Assembly: GCA_019058315.1 (NCBI GenBank)
Contig: JAHPZH010000002.1
Coordinates: 160,001 to 224,000, forward strand
Source: Candidatus Helarchaeota archaeon
GTDB taxonomy: Archaea > Asgardarchaeota > Lokiarchaeia > Helarchaeales > RDOG01
Direction of reading: 5' to 3'
Length of the DNA: 64,000 nt
The first letter of the stretch is position 1. Each line of letters starts with the position of its first letter. The translations under genes were made by a program, and so were the position numbers. Shown here in pieces: positions 1 through 9,920 of the stretch. Under the pieces are notes generated by a model, which had not been told where the DNA came from, did no database searches, and worked only from the letters and a program-made list of their open reading frames with translations.

Positions 1-450
1 CGAAACAGCATCGTTGGTTTTAATTGTTTCTTCATTAAATTTACCAATTTGAGTATTTACAGCTGAGGCAACATCTTCTTTTAATTGTAGAACTTCTTTT
101 TTCAAAGTTTCTATATGACCTTTAATATTTTTATCTAAATCAGTTCGGTAAGTCGCTATCGTATTTTGAAATGTGTCAAGGTAACCTGTAAATGCACTCC
201 AAGGTACTACTGGCATATATCTAGGAAGGCCTTTTACTACCTCAGAGACTTCAATAGCAATACCCTTTTCTATAAATCTTTTTAATGTTTTTTCTGCATC
301 TTCTAAAGAAATATTTGCAAGACCAGCAATCCTACTAGAAGTAACATATCCGCGTGCATATAACCCAATAAATGCACGTGCTTCATCCTCTGATAAACCT
401 AAACTGTCTTCAATTATCTTTACCATATTTGGTTTTTCATCTATCGACAT
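1..450 (-). CDS. TrmB-like N-terminal wHTH protein with a coiled-coil extension (runs off the window edge)
   Basis: Manual translation MSIDEKPNMVKIIEDSLGLSEDEARAFIGLYARGYVTSSRIAGLANIS...RYMPVVP. The LGLSEDEAR...Y pattern fits the TrmB HTH. SD GGTGA at 456-460. Confidence 0.6.
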   Translation of the reverse strand, partial: MSIDEKPNMVKIIEDSLGLSEDEARAFIGLYARGYVTSSRIAGLANISLEDAEKTLKRFIEKGIAIEVSEVVKGLPRYMPVVPWSAFTGYLDTFQNTIATYRTDLDKNIKGHIETLKKEVLQLKEDVASAVNTQIGKFNEETIKTNDAVS

Positions 451-462
451 TATCGTCACCTA

Positions 463-2331
463 TTATCCTAATTTAATTGCAAATGTATCTGTTAATTTTT
501 CTTGGAATTTATTTTGTTTGGCTGTTTGAAATTTTTTCAAAGATGCATTATAAATACTTGAAGCTTCACTCGCTTGATCTTTTTCAAGAAATATATTGAT
601 CAAACGCGAATAAAATTGCCAAGCATAATAATATTCACCTTTTTCAAAGAATGCATCTGCAGCTTCATTGAGTAAATCAATTGCTTTCTGTTCTTCTCCT
701 AATGAGGTATATGTCCGTTCAGCACGAGTGTAATTTGCTCTAGCCAATGGCATGTCTCCCTCGCCTAAACTTTGTTTAGCTTTATTTGCACTATTTTCAG
801 CTATTTCAAAATTTAATTCATTGACCGTTTCTGTATCGCCAAGTCGTTCGTAAATTTCGACAGCTTTTATTAATAAATTTCTAGAATAATCTCCTTTACC
901 TTTTTCTTTATAGTTCATTGCTGCTTCATTGAATAGAGAGGCAGCCTTTTCTATTTCATTGACTTTTAAAAAAGAATCACTTGAAAGAACATAAAATTTA
1001 AAAGCCTCTGCATAATAGTCATAATTCAGGGAAGAATTAGCAATTCTCTCGTAACCTCTAGCGATTGATTCCACAGGTTTCACTAAGCCTGCAGAAATAG
1101 AATCCGCTCTTAATTTTTCCAACTCATTAAAAAGGTTTTCGTCTATAACTCGTCCATTTTCTGCATCAAATGCCGCAATGTCAATTAAAGTTCTTGCTTG
1201 GGCTGTTATAGCAATATCTCCAAAACTATCCCTAAGAAATTCCCAAAAAGACGTCATATTAATGAAGTAAGTTTCTCCTTCGTTTGCCACATATCCTTTT
1301 TGTGATAGTCCATTTAAAGTATTAATTAATTCATCTCTTGCGATTTGGGTTGCACGTTCTAACATTCCCAAATCTGAAAAATTCGCGGGTTCCATTGCAA
1401 ATGCATGTAATATCTTCCTTTCATTGTCCGAAAGTTCAGATAATTCACGAGCAAATCCATCTTTAATTGAACCTTCACTATTTTTCCAAGCATCGACGCC
1501 TAATTCACCTTGACCCTGGTTTTCTTCAATAAGGGTGTTTGTATTATATATGATAAATTGTGGAATTCCTTGTGAGTTCTCGAAAATTTTATTCTTAACT
1601 TCATCATCTAATGAAATTCCAGCTATGTTTTCTCTTTTAGTAATCAATTGTGCAGACTGTGCAGAATTTAATTTAGGAAGACCGATTTCTTCAAAATTAT
1701 TTACAGAATATTTGATCTTAGGAGCATATCTCTCTTCCCCAACCAGAACAAACATAATTGGAATTCTAGGTTGCTTGGGGGTTTCTTCTTCAAACTTTTT
1801 ACTAAATAAATTAAATAAATCAAATGCGAAATCGTATCCTTGATAAATAAATCTCTCAGCATTATCAATAAAAACTGCAATTCCTTTTTTAAATTTCTTC
1901 GGAATCTCCTTTCCCATTTTCCCTGCAAATTTCATGAATTTTTTTTCAAATTCTGGTAAATATTTGGGATCTGCACTTATTTCATAAGATCTTTTGATGA
2001 GTGGACAATTTTTACCAAGTTTCTTTTTTCCACCCTTTTTTGGAGGTTTTTTTGGTTTAAAAATATCTTTAATTTCTGGTCCTAATTCATCAAAAAATGC
2101 CTCAGTTTCTATTAATGGAACAGGCTTATCTATTACTAAAAAGCCTTCTTTCTTTGCTCTATCTATCAGAATTTGTTTTAAACTAGTTTTTCCAATACCG
2201 GGTCTTCCATGAATGAATACCGATTTTTTAATATCGCCTTGTAATAACTTTGTAAATTCTTCTATCACACGCTCTCTTCCAACAAAAAGATCTGAAGAGC
2301 ATGGTTCATAAAAGTTAAATCCTTTTACCAT
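463..2331 (-). CDS. STAND-like AAA+ ATPase with wHTH and C-terminal TPR/alpha-SNAP-like repeats
   Basis: FVGRE motif, Walker A GRPGIGKT, Walker B AVFIDN, SQGIP (GxP) motif, wHTH (LSDNERKILHAFA...LSQKGYV), helical repeats (AASLFNEAA...KAVEIYERLGD). Confidence 0.75.
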   Translation of the reverse strand: MVKGFNFYEPCSSDLFVGRERVIEEFTKLLQGDIKKSVFIHGRPGIGKTSLKQILIDRAKKEGFLVIDKPVPLIETEAFFDELGPEIKDIFKPKKPPKKGGKKKLGKNCPLIKRSYEISADPKYLPEFEKKFMKFAGKMGKEIPKKFKKGIAVFIDNAERFIYQGYDFAFDLFNLFSKKFEEETPKQPRIPIMFVLVGEERYAPKIKYSVNNFEEIGLPKLNSAQSAQLITKRENIAGISLDDEVKNKIFENSQGIPQFIIYNTNTLIEENQGQGELGVDAWKNSEGSIKDGFARELSELSDNERKILHAFAMEPANFSDLGMLERATQIARDELINTLNGLSQKGYVANEGETYFINMTSFWEFLRDSFGDIAITAQARTLIDIAAFDAENGRVIDENLFNELEKLRADSISAGLVKPVESIARGYERIANSSLNYDYYAEAFKFYVLSSDSFLKVNEIEKAASLFNEAAMNYKEKGKGDYSRNLLIKAVEIYERLGDTETVNELNFEIAENSANKAKQSLGEGDMPLARANYTRAERTYTSLGEEQKAIDLLNEAADAFFEKGEYYYAWQFYSRLINIFLEKDQASEASSIYNASLKKFQTAKQNKFQEKLTDTFAIKLG

Positions 2332-2574
2332 TTTTTTATATCACCTTTTTTCGCCTTTCTTCATAGGTTTTTTTGATCCCCTATCAATCTAATATTAGTA
2401 TTTTATGTTTATTTTTCATTAAAGTTAGTTTAATCTTAATTATTTATAACTCTTTTTATTTTACAACTTCAATCGAAATTGTAATAGGGTTATTTAATTT
2501 CAAGAGGGGTTAGAATTTTTATTTAGAATTAAATTTCATCAAATATATTTTTTGTCCCCATATAGATGAAAATT

Positions 2575-2946
2575 TTATGTTTTCTTCTTTTTCTTGTATT
2601 TTCTTTTCTTTTTATCAGATGTTTGGGGTTTGGCGAGTTTAACCTTTGTAATTTTTTTAGGTAGCTCTTTTCTAATTTCAGATAATATTTCTTCTTTAAA
2701 ATTAGTCTTAAAAAGGGAAAAAACTTCTTTTAATGAGCTTATTTGACTTTTCGAAAAATCGTCCAATTTTGAAATATCAGCTTCAGGATGAAAAATTAAC
2801 CTTAAATATTCGTCAATTTCCGATCTAATGCCTTCGACAGCTTCTGATATTAATTCTTCAACTAAATTACTAGTTACTTGATAAATTTCTTCCTTAGTTT
2901 CCTCTGAAAGTATTCCATTTGTATTTTTTTTACTTTCATCATCCAA
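2575..2946 (-). CDS. hypothetical helical protein with a basic C-terminal tail
   Basis: 123-aa ORF co-oriented with its neighbours; ends in KKKRKYKKKKKT. Confidence 0.55.
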   Translation of the reverse strand: MDDESKKNTNGILSEETKEEIYQVTSNLVEELISEAVEGIRSEIDEYLRLIFHPEADISKLDDFSKSQISSLKEVFSLFKTNFKEEILSEIRKELPKKITKVKLAKPQTSDKKKRKYKKKKKT

Positions 2947-2958
2947 TGCAACTAACCC

Positions 2959-3531
2959 TCAAGCTGTTTTATACATATTGAACTTTAACTTAAATAAGGG
3001 TTCTCCATATAATTGACAACCAATTTCACTTGCTTCAATCTTATAGGGTTGTTTGTGTAGCGTCATAATATAATTTGTGGCACCTTCTAACATTGATAAT
3101 AATATACATGCATAACCATCGTCATGTTTTTTTAATTTATCTAATGGTAAAACATTAAAATAACTTTCTTTATCTAATCCTGAACATAGCGGGCACTTTT
3201 TAATCTTAATAATTATACTTTGTGTATCTTTTACATCATTTTCGATAGTCTCATGCTCAAATTCGATTTGTTGCCCAAAAACAACATACCATATTAAAGT
3301 TATTGTATTAACTAGGTCACCAGGTTTTAGTTTGATTAATTTTAATAATGTTTTGTGCTGTTTACAACTTGTTTCAGCAGCAATGATACCTAATCTTTTT
3401 AAAATTGGGAAAGGATCTTCAAATTCTTGTGTAACTTTTAGTGTTATCTCTCGATAAAGTAACATAAAGAATAAATTTTCAATATTTCGACTAAATTGTT
3501 TTATTAATTTTGCAGTTGTTCCTATAGACAT
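2959..3531 (-). CDS. V4R / Bet3-like domain protein
   Basis: CPLC...C...LEG...EIGCQLYGEP..KF pattern typical of V4R. Confidence 0.6.
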   Translation of the reverse strand: MSIGTTAKLIKQFSRNIENLFFMLLYREITLKVTQEFEDPFPILKRLGIIAAETSCKQHKTLLKLIKLKPGDLVNTITLIWYVVFGQQIEFEHETIENDVKDTQSIIIKIKKCPLCSGLDKESYFNVLPLDKLKKHDDGYACILLSMLEGATNYIMTLHKQPYKIEASEIGCQLYGEPLFKLKFNMYKTA

Positions 3532-4035
3532 TTAAGATCCCCTCAAAGTGTATTCATGAACACATTTTTTATCTCCAAATGTTTTACTTGATATTACCTT
3601 CCCATCTAATTTATTTAATTGATTATTTTCGCAATATTTTTCAATTACACCTAGAATTATGTTACAACCTGCAATTCCTACATCAGATCTTTCATATTTG
3701 CAAAATGGACAATTTTTTTGAGTTACTTGGAGGGTATTGGTTTGAAGATTAACCTTTACTTTCTTATAAAAGATAAATTCATAAATCTCCTTTAAAATAA
3801 TGTCTAGTTCCCTACCTTTAGGGTTCCAAAATTTAAAGTAATTATCAGCTATATTGCGACCCATCATTTTTAAAGTAGTTAAAATCAGCTCATTATTATA
3901 ATTTCTTTCATTTTTTAAAACTAATATTAACTCATAAATAGCATTTCTAAATTGATTTATTGCTACACTTCCACCAATAAGGTTTTCATCTCTTGACAAT
4001 AAATGATCCTCATTTATATTTAAAATCTTAAGCAA
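3532..4035 (-). CDS. V4R / Bet3-like domain protein
   Basis: LKMMGRNIA, CPFC, GCNIILGVIE, SKTFGDKKCVHEY. Confidence 0.6.
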   Translation of the reverse strand: MLKILNINEDHLLSRDENLIGGSVAINQFRNAIYELILVLKNERNYNNELILTTLKMMGRNIADNYFKFWNPKGRELDIILKEIYEFIFYKKVKVNLQTNTLQVTQKNCPFCKYERSDVGIAGCNIILGVIEKYCENNQLNKLDGKVISSKTFGDKKCVHEYTLRGS

Positions 4036-4180
4036 ATATTGTTCTTTAGAATTAAATAATTTACTCTTAAATTATTCTATTTAATAACTTACAAAAAAGA
4101 TAAAATAGAAATTATCAAATGTAAAAATCTTAAATAATTTTCTAAAAATATTGAAGTTATTCAAAATAAAGGTGCTAGAA

Positions 4181-5134
4181 ATGGGTGAATTACGCTGGAA
4201 CCCAGTATTTAAAGAATGGATAATAGTAGCTGCACATCGACAAGCAAGACCTCAACTTCCAGAGGATTTCTGTCCTTTTTGTCCCGGTGCTCCAGAAGTT
4301 CCAACTTCTGATTGGAAAGTCAAATTTTTACCAAATAAATTCGCATCTTTAAGTATGGACCCTCCAAATCCAATATCTAAAAATGAATCTCTATTCCAAG
4401 TAAAACCCGCAAAAGGACAATGTGAGATAATTTTATACACTCCTGAGCACAATACCACTCTTGGAAAACTACCAGTAGAACATATTCATACATTAATTGA
4501 TTTTTGGGCAGAACGATATGAAATAATTGGCTCTCAAGATTTTATTAAATATGTTCTAATATTTGAGAATAGAGGACGAGAAATTGGTGTTTCTTTGGAC
4601 CATCCTCACGGACAAATTTACAGTTTTGGATTTATCCCACCTAATATTCAACAGGAAATAAATAGTGGTAATGAATATTTTCAAGAAACAAATCGTTGTC
4701 TCTTTTGCGATATTGTTGATAGAGAAATAAAAGATGGAAGCAGAACTGTTCTCGAAAATTCTGATATTATTTGTTTTGTTCCCTTTTATGCTACTTGGCC
4801 ATATGGAGTTCATATTTATCCCAAACGGCATGTTCAAAGTTTATTAGATATGAACGAGACAGAACGGAAAAATCTAGCACAAATATTAAAAGAAATTCTT
4901 TTAAAATATGATAAGCTTTTTGATATGCCGCTTCCTTATGAGATGATATTCCATCAACAACCCTCAGATAATAAGAAATATCCTAATTATCATTTCCATA
5001 TTGAATTTTATATTATCCATAGAGCTAGAAATAAGATAAAATATCTTGGGGGCTGTGAACAAGGAGGAGGAGTTTTTGTGAATCCGATAACTCCAGAAGT
5101 AACTGCGGCAGAGTTAAGAGATATTAAAATATAA
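4181..5134 (+). CDS. galT: galactose-1-phosphate uridylyltransferase
   Basis: ELRWNP, RQARP, CPFCPG, FENRG..IGVSLDHPHGQ catalytic motif. Start moved to the ATG at 4181, after the GGTG SD. Confidence 0.95.
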   Translation: MGELRWNPVFKEWIIVAAHRQARPQLPEDFCPFCPGAPEVPTSDWKVKFLPNKFASLSMDPPNPISKNESLFQVKPAKGQCEIILYTPEHNTTLGKLPVEHIHTLIDFWAERYEIIGSQDFIKYVLIFENRGREIGVSLDHPHGQIYSFGFIPPNIQQEINSGNEYFQETNRCLFCDIVDREIKDGSRTVLENSDIICFVPFYATWPYGVHIYPKRHVQSLLDMNETERKNLAQILKEILLKYDKLFDMPLPYEMIFHQQPSDNKKYPNYHFHIEFYIIHRARNKIKYLGGCEQGGGVFVNPITPEVTAAELRDIKI

Positions 5135-5237
5135 TTTTTATCATATTTTATTATAAAACTAAAATTATTACTTTGAAAAGGAACCAAATTCTTAATTAAA
5201 AGAGAAAAAATATATCTTTTTCTACCGCATTATTACT

Positions 5238-6368
5238 CTAGTGTTGATTTTTAAAGTAATTTAGAACCTTAATCATACAATCCTGAGAACTTTTCATCTT
5301 TTCTAATTTAGCTAAATAAGTCACATTACAAAGAATTATATGTTTTAAGCCCAATTTAGCATATTTTTCTATTTGACTAATTATTTCATCAGGAGTTCCT
5401 AAAATGAAAATATCTTCCAGCATTTTTAACGGGACTTTATCAAGTGCACTCAATATAGTTTCTCGATCAAATCTTGTTGGAACGAAATCACGCATACCAA
5501 CGAAATTTTCTCCTAAAGGATGATTAGTTCCGTAAGGCTTGAAATCCTCATCAGTTTTTGGGAAAGCGAAATTTTTGATTAACGGGGTTTGTAGAATTTC
5601 ATGACATTCTTCTGATTCTTCATCCAAAATTGCCATGGCATATAGAGATGGAGTTATTTCATTAGGATCACGTCCAGCCTTTTTAGCTGAATCTCTTATA
5701 ATTTTTAATTTTTCTCTATAAGAATTTGTATCTATTATAACAGGCAGCCAACCATCTCCCAGTTTCCCAGTCATTTCAAGCATTCTCTCTCCATGAGCTC
5801 CCATCCAGATTGGGGGATATTTTTGTTTTTTATATGGTTTTAAAGAGAGTATAGCATCCTTCAATGTCCAAAATTTGCCATTAAAATCAACTTTTTGATC
5901 GTTTTCCCAAAGTAATCTAATTATTTTAATCGCTTCTTCATATCTACTGACTGGTTTATTCCATTCAATACCATAAGGAAGGGTATTTGCTGCTATACCT
6001 GCCCCTATTCCTAGAATAACTCTCCCTCTAGACGCATGATCAAGTGTCAAAAAAGTATGAGCAAGTGTGGCTGGAGGTCTCCTAAAAGGCTCAGTAACAG
6101 CAGTTCCCAAATAAATTTTTTTTGTGTTCCAAGCTGAGATAGCTATATTGATAATTGCATCATAGAGATCATGCGGGCTCTTGACGAGAGAAGCAAGTTT
6201 AGTGATATCTGGGGTCCAGATTGATTCAGGTATCCAGTTCATTATGTGATCGAACCACCATACTGAATCAAAACCTACTGATTCAAATTGTTTTATAGAA
6301 GCAATTCCGGCTTTATAAGGAGGAACAAAAGTTCCCTCTATTCCAATTTTTAACTCACTTATATCCAT
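5238..6368 (-). CDS. LLM-class (probably F420-dependent) oxidoreductase
   Basis: GFDSVWWFDH, LGTAVTEP, TLDHASRGRVILGIGAG, PPIWMGAHG...GDGWLP. Confidence 0.9.
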   Translation of the reverse strand: MDISELKIGIEGTFVPPYKAGIASIKQFESVGFDSVWWFDHIMNWIPESIWTPDITKLASLVKSPHDLYDAIINIAISAWNTKKIYLGTAVTEPFRRPPATLAHTFLTLDHASRGRVILGIGAGIAANTLPYGIEWNKPVSRYEEAIKIIRLLWENDQKVDFNGKFWTLKDAILSLKPYKKQKYPPIWMGAHGERMLEMTGKLGDGWLPVIIDTNSYREKLKIIRDSAKKAGRDPNEITPSLYAMAILDEESEECHEILQTPLIKNFAFPKTDEDFKPYGTNHPLGENFVGMRDFVPTRFDRETILSALDKVPLKMLEDIFILGTPDEIISQIEKYAKLGLKHIILCNVTYLAKLEKMKSSQDCMIKVLNYFKNQH

Positions 6369-6378
6369 TAAATTTCCC

Positions 6379-7731
6379 TCATTTTTTATTATTTAACTTA
6401 TTTTCTATGATATCTGCCATACGATACCCACTTTCAACGGATCCTGTAGTTCCTATAAGTCCAAGTGCCACGCACGCATCCCCTACGTTATACAAATTGG
6501 GTATTGGTGTCTCTAAAGGTAAACCATATCCAAGCCATGTCCATCCCTCAGGACACTGATTTTCACTAAAACATGCTTTAATTTTTAGAATTCGCCCATG
6601 TTTTTTAAAGTCATGAAACATTTCATTCAAGTCTCGCTTTATTTGCTGGATTTCACATTTTGCATCAACAGGATGGATACAAGAAATGGGTTCTACTGAA
6701 GAATAAAGGAGATGCTGGTCACTAGGAGCAAGTTCAGGACAAATATTGCTAATAGGTACAACTGTTCTAATTCTTCGTCCTCCCATCATAATTTCTATTC
6801 CGTCATTTATTCCCTCTAAAACTAAAGGCCTATCGCTAGCAACAAAAACTAAAAGTGACGGGCTTGGTCTTAGTCTAACACGCAAATCCTCAAGATATTT
6901 ATCATCAAAATTTTTTTGACCTGCCAAATCTACTGTCATCTTGGGTCCAGTATCACTTACAACAACTTTGCTTTTTACCTCAATTTCTTTTCCATCCTTT
7001 TCCACGACAACTCCTGTAGCCTTTCCATTTTTAATCGCAATCTTCTTTACAGGACAATTAGCCCACACATCACCATTTTCCTTAACCACTCCAGCCAATT
7101 CATTCGCGACACTTATATTGCCTTTAGATGAGACATAAAATTTCTTAATTTCTTTGAATTTGAAAAATTTTAAAACAGGCAATTCCCAAGAGTGAGCCAT
7201 CATTAAAGCAGCACATAGATTGTCAATTACTTCATGTACTTTTTCATTTTCAGTAAACTGGAGGAGCCAATCATGGACAGTAAAAATTTCTTCTCTTTTT
7301 ATCCCTCTTTTTCCCCTCAAATAACCATTTATAATATTCTTTAAGTTTACTGGTTTTATTTTTCTCCCGTCTTTCTGTTCCTTTTCCTTCTCAAGTTTAT
7401 CAATTAAGTCAAGAACCATTGGCAGTCCTATGTCAACATTTACTTCATAATCCTCACCATTTATTCTATAATATACGCGTGAAACTGGACGTAAATAAGA
7501 CATATCGATTCTTAAATCCTTAAGAAGTTTTATAGTCCAGCTGTCAGGAATGATAATAGCACCAGTTGGTAACTTAAAGCCTTTATATTCAACGGTGGAA
7601 AAACGCCCACCTAAACGTCCTTTCCTTTCCACAACCAATGTTTTGAAACCTTTACGAGATAGGAGAGTTGCTGCCGCTAGTCCACCTAACCCGGATCCGA
7701 TTATTATAATATCATATATTTCATTTTCCAA
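6379..7731 (-). CDS. FAD-dependent oxidoreductase, phytoene-dehydrogenase-like
   Basis: IIIGSGLGGL...VVER..LGGR Rossmann motif; C-terminal TPIPNLYNVGD. Confidence 0.85.
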   Translation of the reverse strand: MENEIYDIIIIGSGLGGLAAATLLSRKGFKTLVVERKGRLGGRFSTVEYKGFKLPTGAIIIPDSWTIKLLKDLRIDMSYLRPVSRVYYRINGEDYEVNVDIGLPMVLDLIDKLEKEKEQKDGRKIKPVNLKNIINGYLRGKRGIKREEIFTVHDWLLQFTENEKVHEVIDNLCAALMMAHSWELPVLKFFKFKEIKKFYVSSKGNISVANELAGVVKENGDVWANCPVKKIAIKNGKATGVVVEKDGKEIEVKSKVVVSDTGPKMTVDLAGQKNFDDKYLEDLRVRLRPSPSLLVFVASDRPLVLEGINDGIEIMMGGRRIRTVVPISNICPELAPSDQHLLYSSVEPISCIHPVDAKCEIQQIKRDLNEMFHDFKKHGRILKIKACFSENQCPEGWTWLGYGLPLETPIPNLYNVGDACVALGLIGTTGSVESGYRMADIIENKLNNKK

Positions 7732-7967
7732 GATAGCTACCTCATATAATTACTCTTAATAAAAAAGACTTAAAGGTATTTATATTATTAAAGAATTGAT
7801 TTGGGAGGAAAATAAGATAAATAAAATCTTTATCATATTCCTGCAAATTTCTGTAATTTATCCCTCTAGATTAAAATGTAATATTGAATCAGATATATTA
7901 TTATTCTCATTTCCTTTAGGTTTAAATATAGTTTATGTTCGAAACTGAAAAATAATGGTGCATTCTT

Positions 7968-8813
7968 ATGTGCGAAATCTGTTTAAAACATGGAACGGGT
8001 AAATATTGGTTTAAATGGGCTAGTCGTTACGCTAGAGAAATGTATTTCAGGAAAAGAACAGAAAAAAGAGCAAAAGTTGGTGGCAGTTTAGAAGGTCAAG
8101 TAGCAGCTTTGGCTTTTCAGGCTATGGAAGCCAAAAATTTAAAACCTGCTAAATATCCAGAATTAATTAAGAAAGCAAATCGGTTAACACGTGAAACTCA
8201 CGGCGGGCAAGTACTAACCCTGGAAGATGCTGAGACTTTAATCGATCTAGCACATCCAATTGCATTTATAGCATGTGATTGTCGACGTCAAAAATATGGT
8301 TATATTGAAAAAGATAGATCTCGAATGACCTGTTTAGGTCTAGGGATAGGAATGTATAGATGGGAACAATTTCCTGCCCGATATGTTGCTGGTGCAGAAT
8401 TCGTCTCTGATAAAGAAGCAAAAGAATGGCTTCGTGATTGGAATAAGAAGGGATTAGTTCAAACATTAATGACCTTTGGAATGAGAGAAGGTGCTCCATA
8501 CATCGGTGGACTGTGTAATTGTTCTTATGCAGATTGCTTGTCTATTAGATGGCGATTAGACTATGGATTTAAGCAGTTATTAAAAGGCGAAAGAGTTGCA
8601 ATTCTAGATACATCCAAATGCAAGGGTTGTTTCAAATGCATAACCAGGTGCCAATTTGGAGCTATTACTGCTGATGTTCGTCAAGAAAAAGCTCATATTG
8701 ATTTGATGAAATGCTTCGGTTGTGGACTCTGTGAAAATGCCTGTCCCCAAAATGCAATTCAATTAGTAGATAGACAAAAGTTTGAAGTCTTAAAACACCC
8801 TTCATCATTTTAA
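7968..8813 (+). CDS. Cys-rich Fe-S protein with a C-terminal 2[4Fe-4S] ferredoxin domain (copy 1)
   Basis: N-terminal CxxCxxHG, CDCRR, LCNCxxxxC, two CxxCxxCxxxC(P) motifs. Confidence 0.85.
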   Translation: MCEICLKHGTGKYWFKWASRYAREMYFRKRTEKRAKVGGSLEGQVAALAFQAMEAKNLKPAKYPELIKKANRLTRETHGGQVLTLEDAETLIDLAHPIAFIACDCRRQKYGYIEKDRSRMTCLGLGIGMYRWEQFPARYVAGAEFVSDKEAKEWLRDWNKKGLVQTLMTFGMREGAPYIGGLCNCSYADCLSIRWRLDYGFKQLLKGERVAILDTSKCKGCFKCITRCQFGAITADVRQEKAHIDLMKCFGCGLCENACPQNAIQLVDRQKFEVLKHPSSF

Positions 8814-8819
8814 AGATAG

Positions 8820-9146
8820 ATGGTGATAAATATGATGGAAATAGAAGAAATTCCAAAAGTTAGAATAAAAATTTCAGAAAAAAAATGCCCAACACCGTTC
8901 GTTTGTCAAAAATGTCTTAATAGGTGTCCTACAGGAGTGTTTATGGTAATTGCAAATCCAATGAAAACAGGGGCAAAGTTCATCCCAATTGACGAAAATG
9001 AGCCAGGTTCATATATGTTAATGGCTCCAATGGCATCTAAATGTATTGGATGTATGAAATGTGTTGATATTTGCCCCAAACAAGCAATAAAAGTTAAGAT
9101 AAAATATCCAGTAGAAGAATCATCCGAGGAGGAAACTGCAGCATAG
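8820..9146 (+). CDS. 2[4Fe-4S] ferredoxin (copy 1)
   Basis: CPTPFVCQKCLNRCP and CIGCMKCVDICP; likely start at 8832. Confidence 0.9.
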   Translation: MVINMMEIEEIPKVRIKISEKKCPTPFVCQKCLNRCPTGVFMVIANPMKTGAKFIPIDENEPGSYMLMAPMASKCIGCMKCVDICPKQAIKVKIKYPVEESSEEETAA

Positions 9147-9695
9147 GTGATATATATGGTAACGAAGTATAATTATAAATTATCAGAAGATCTATTTGTT
9201 GCAATCGAAAGTGAATTTGATGGGGATGCTATAGCAAAAAAATATATCGAAACAAAAGATAAATCGATTTTTAATGATTTTGGGAAGAATTGGATGAAAA
9301 AATCGCTTGAATTAGGGAATAAAGAAGAATATATCGATCATACTTATGAAATGATAAAGAAAGTAGGAGAAAAAACCGGACAAGGATTATTTCCAAATAG
9401 TCCTCAACGATTTCTCGAAATAGCTTATCTTTCTGTTCATTTAATGAGTAATGTAAATATCCATACATCAAATTTATTCGAACTCAGTTTTAAAGTCTTA
9501 AAGGATCAATGTAAAATCTATAAAAATTTAGAATCGGAACTTCCTACAGAGGAATTAAAGGACCTTCCTTGTAAAGGAGCTTGTATAGAAGCATTAAAAA
9601 CCTTATTCGAAGATTTTAAAATCGCTGTAGACCTCTCAATGCCTCATATGATGCCAGCTGACGGTGAATGTTTCTTTATGATTAAGAAAAAATAA
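9147..9695 (+). CDS. V4R/ATC-hydrolase-like Cys-containing protein (copy 1)
   Basis: CKIY...LPCKGAC...MP.DGECFF; paralog of 11063-11638; likely start at 9156. Confidence 0.55.
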   Translation: MIYMVTKYNYKLSEDLFVAIESEFDGDAIAKKYIETKDKSIFNDFGKNWMKKSLELGNKEEYIDHTYEMIKKVGEKTGQGLFPNSPQRFLEIAYLSVHLMSNVNIHTSNLFELSFKVLKDQCKIYKNLESELPTEELKDLPCKGACIEALKTLFEDFKIAVDLSMPHMMPADGECFFMIKKK

Positions 9696-9920
9696 AAAAC
9701 TTTACTTAAATTTATACCTTTTTTTATTATTTATTTCATTTTTATCTAATTATATTGAAAAACAAAAGAATACAAATTCTAATTATTTTTGGGGTAAATA
9801 TTTTTATGAAATCACATTCTTAATTTGAATTTGAATCAATATTGAATTTATTTCAAATTATTTGATATTTTTCATTTTTGATAAAAAAATATTAATCAAT
9901 ATGACAGGTGAAAAGAAAAA

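Noticed and set aside
2341-2364. Mini-uORF MKKGEKR* upstream of the STAND ATPase
   Set aside because: Its stop codon is simply the GGTGA SD of the main gene; too short to support.
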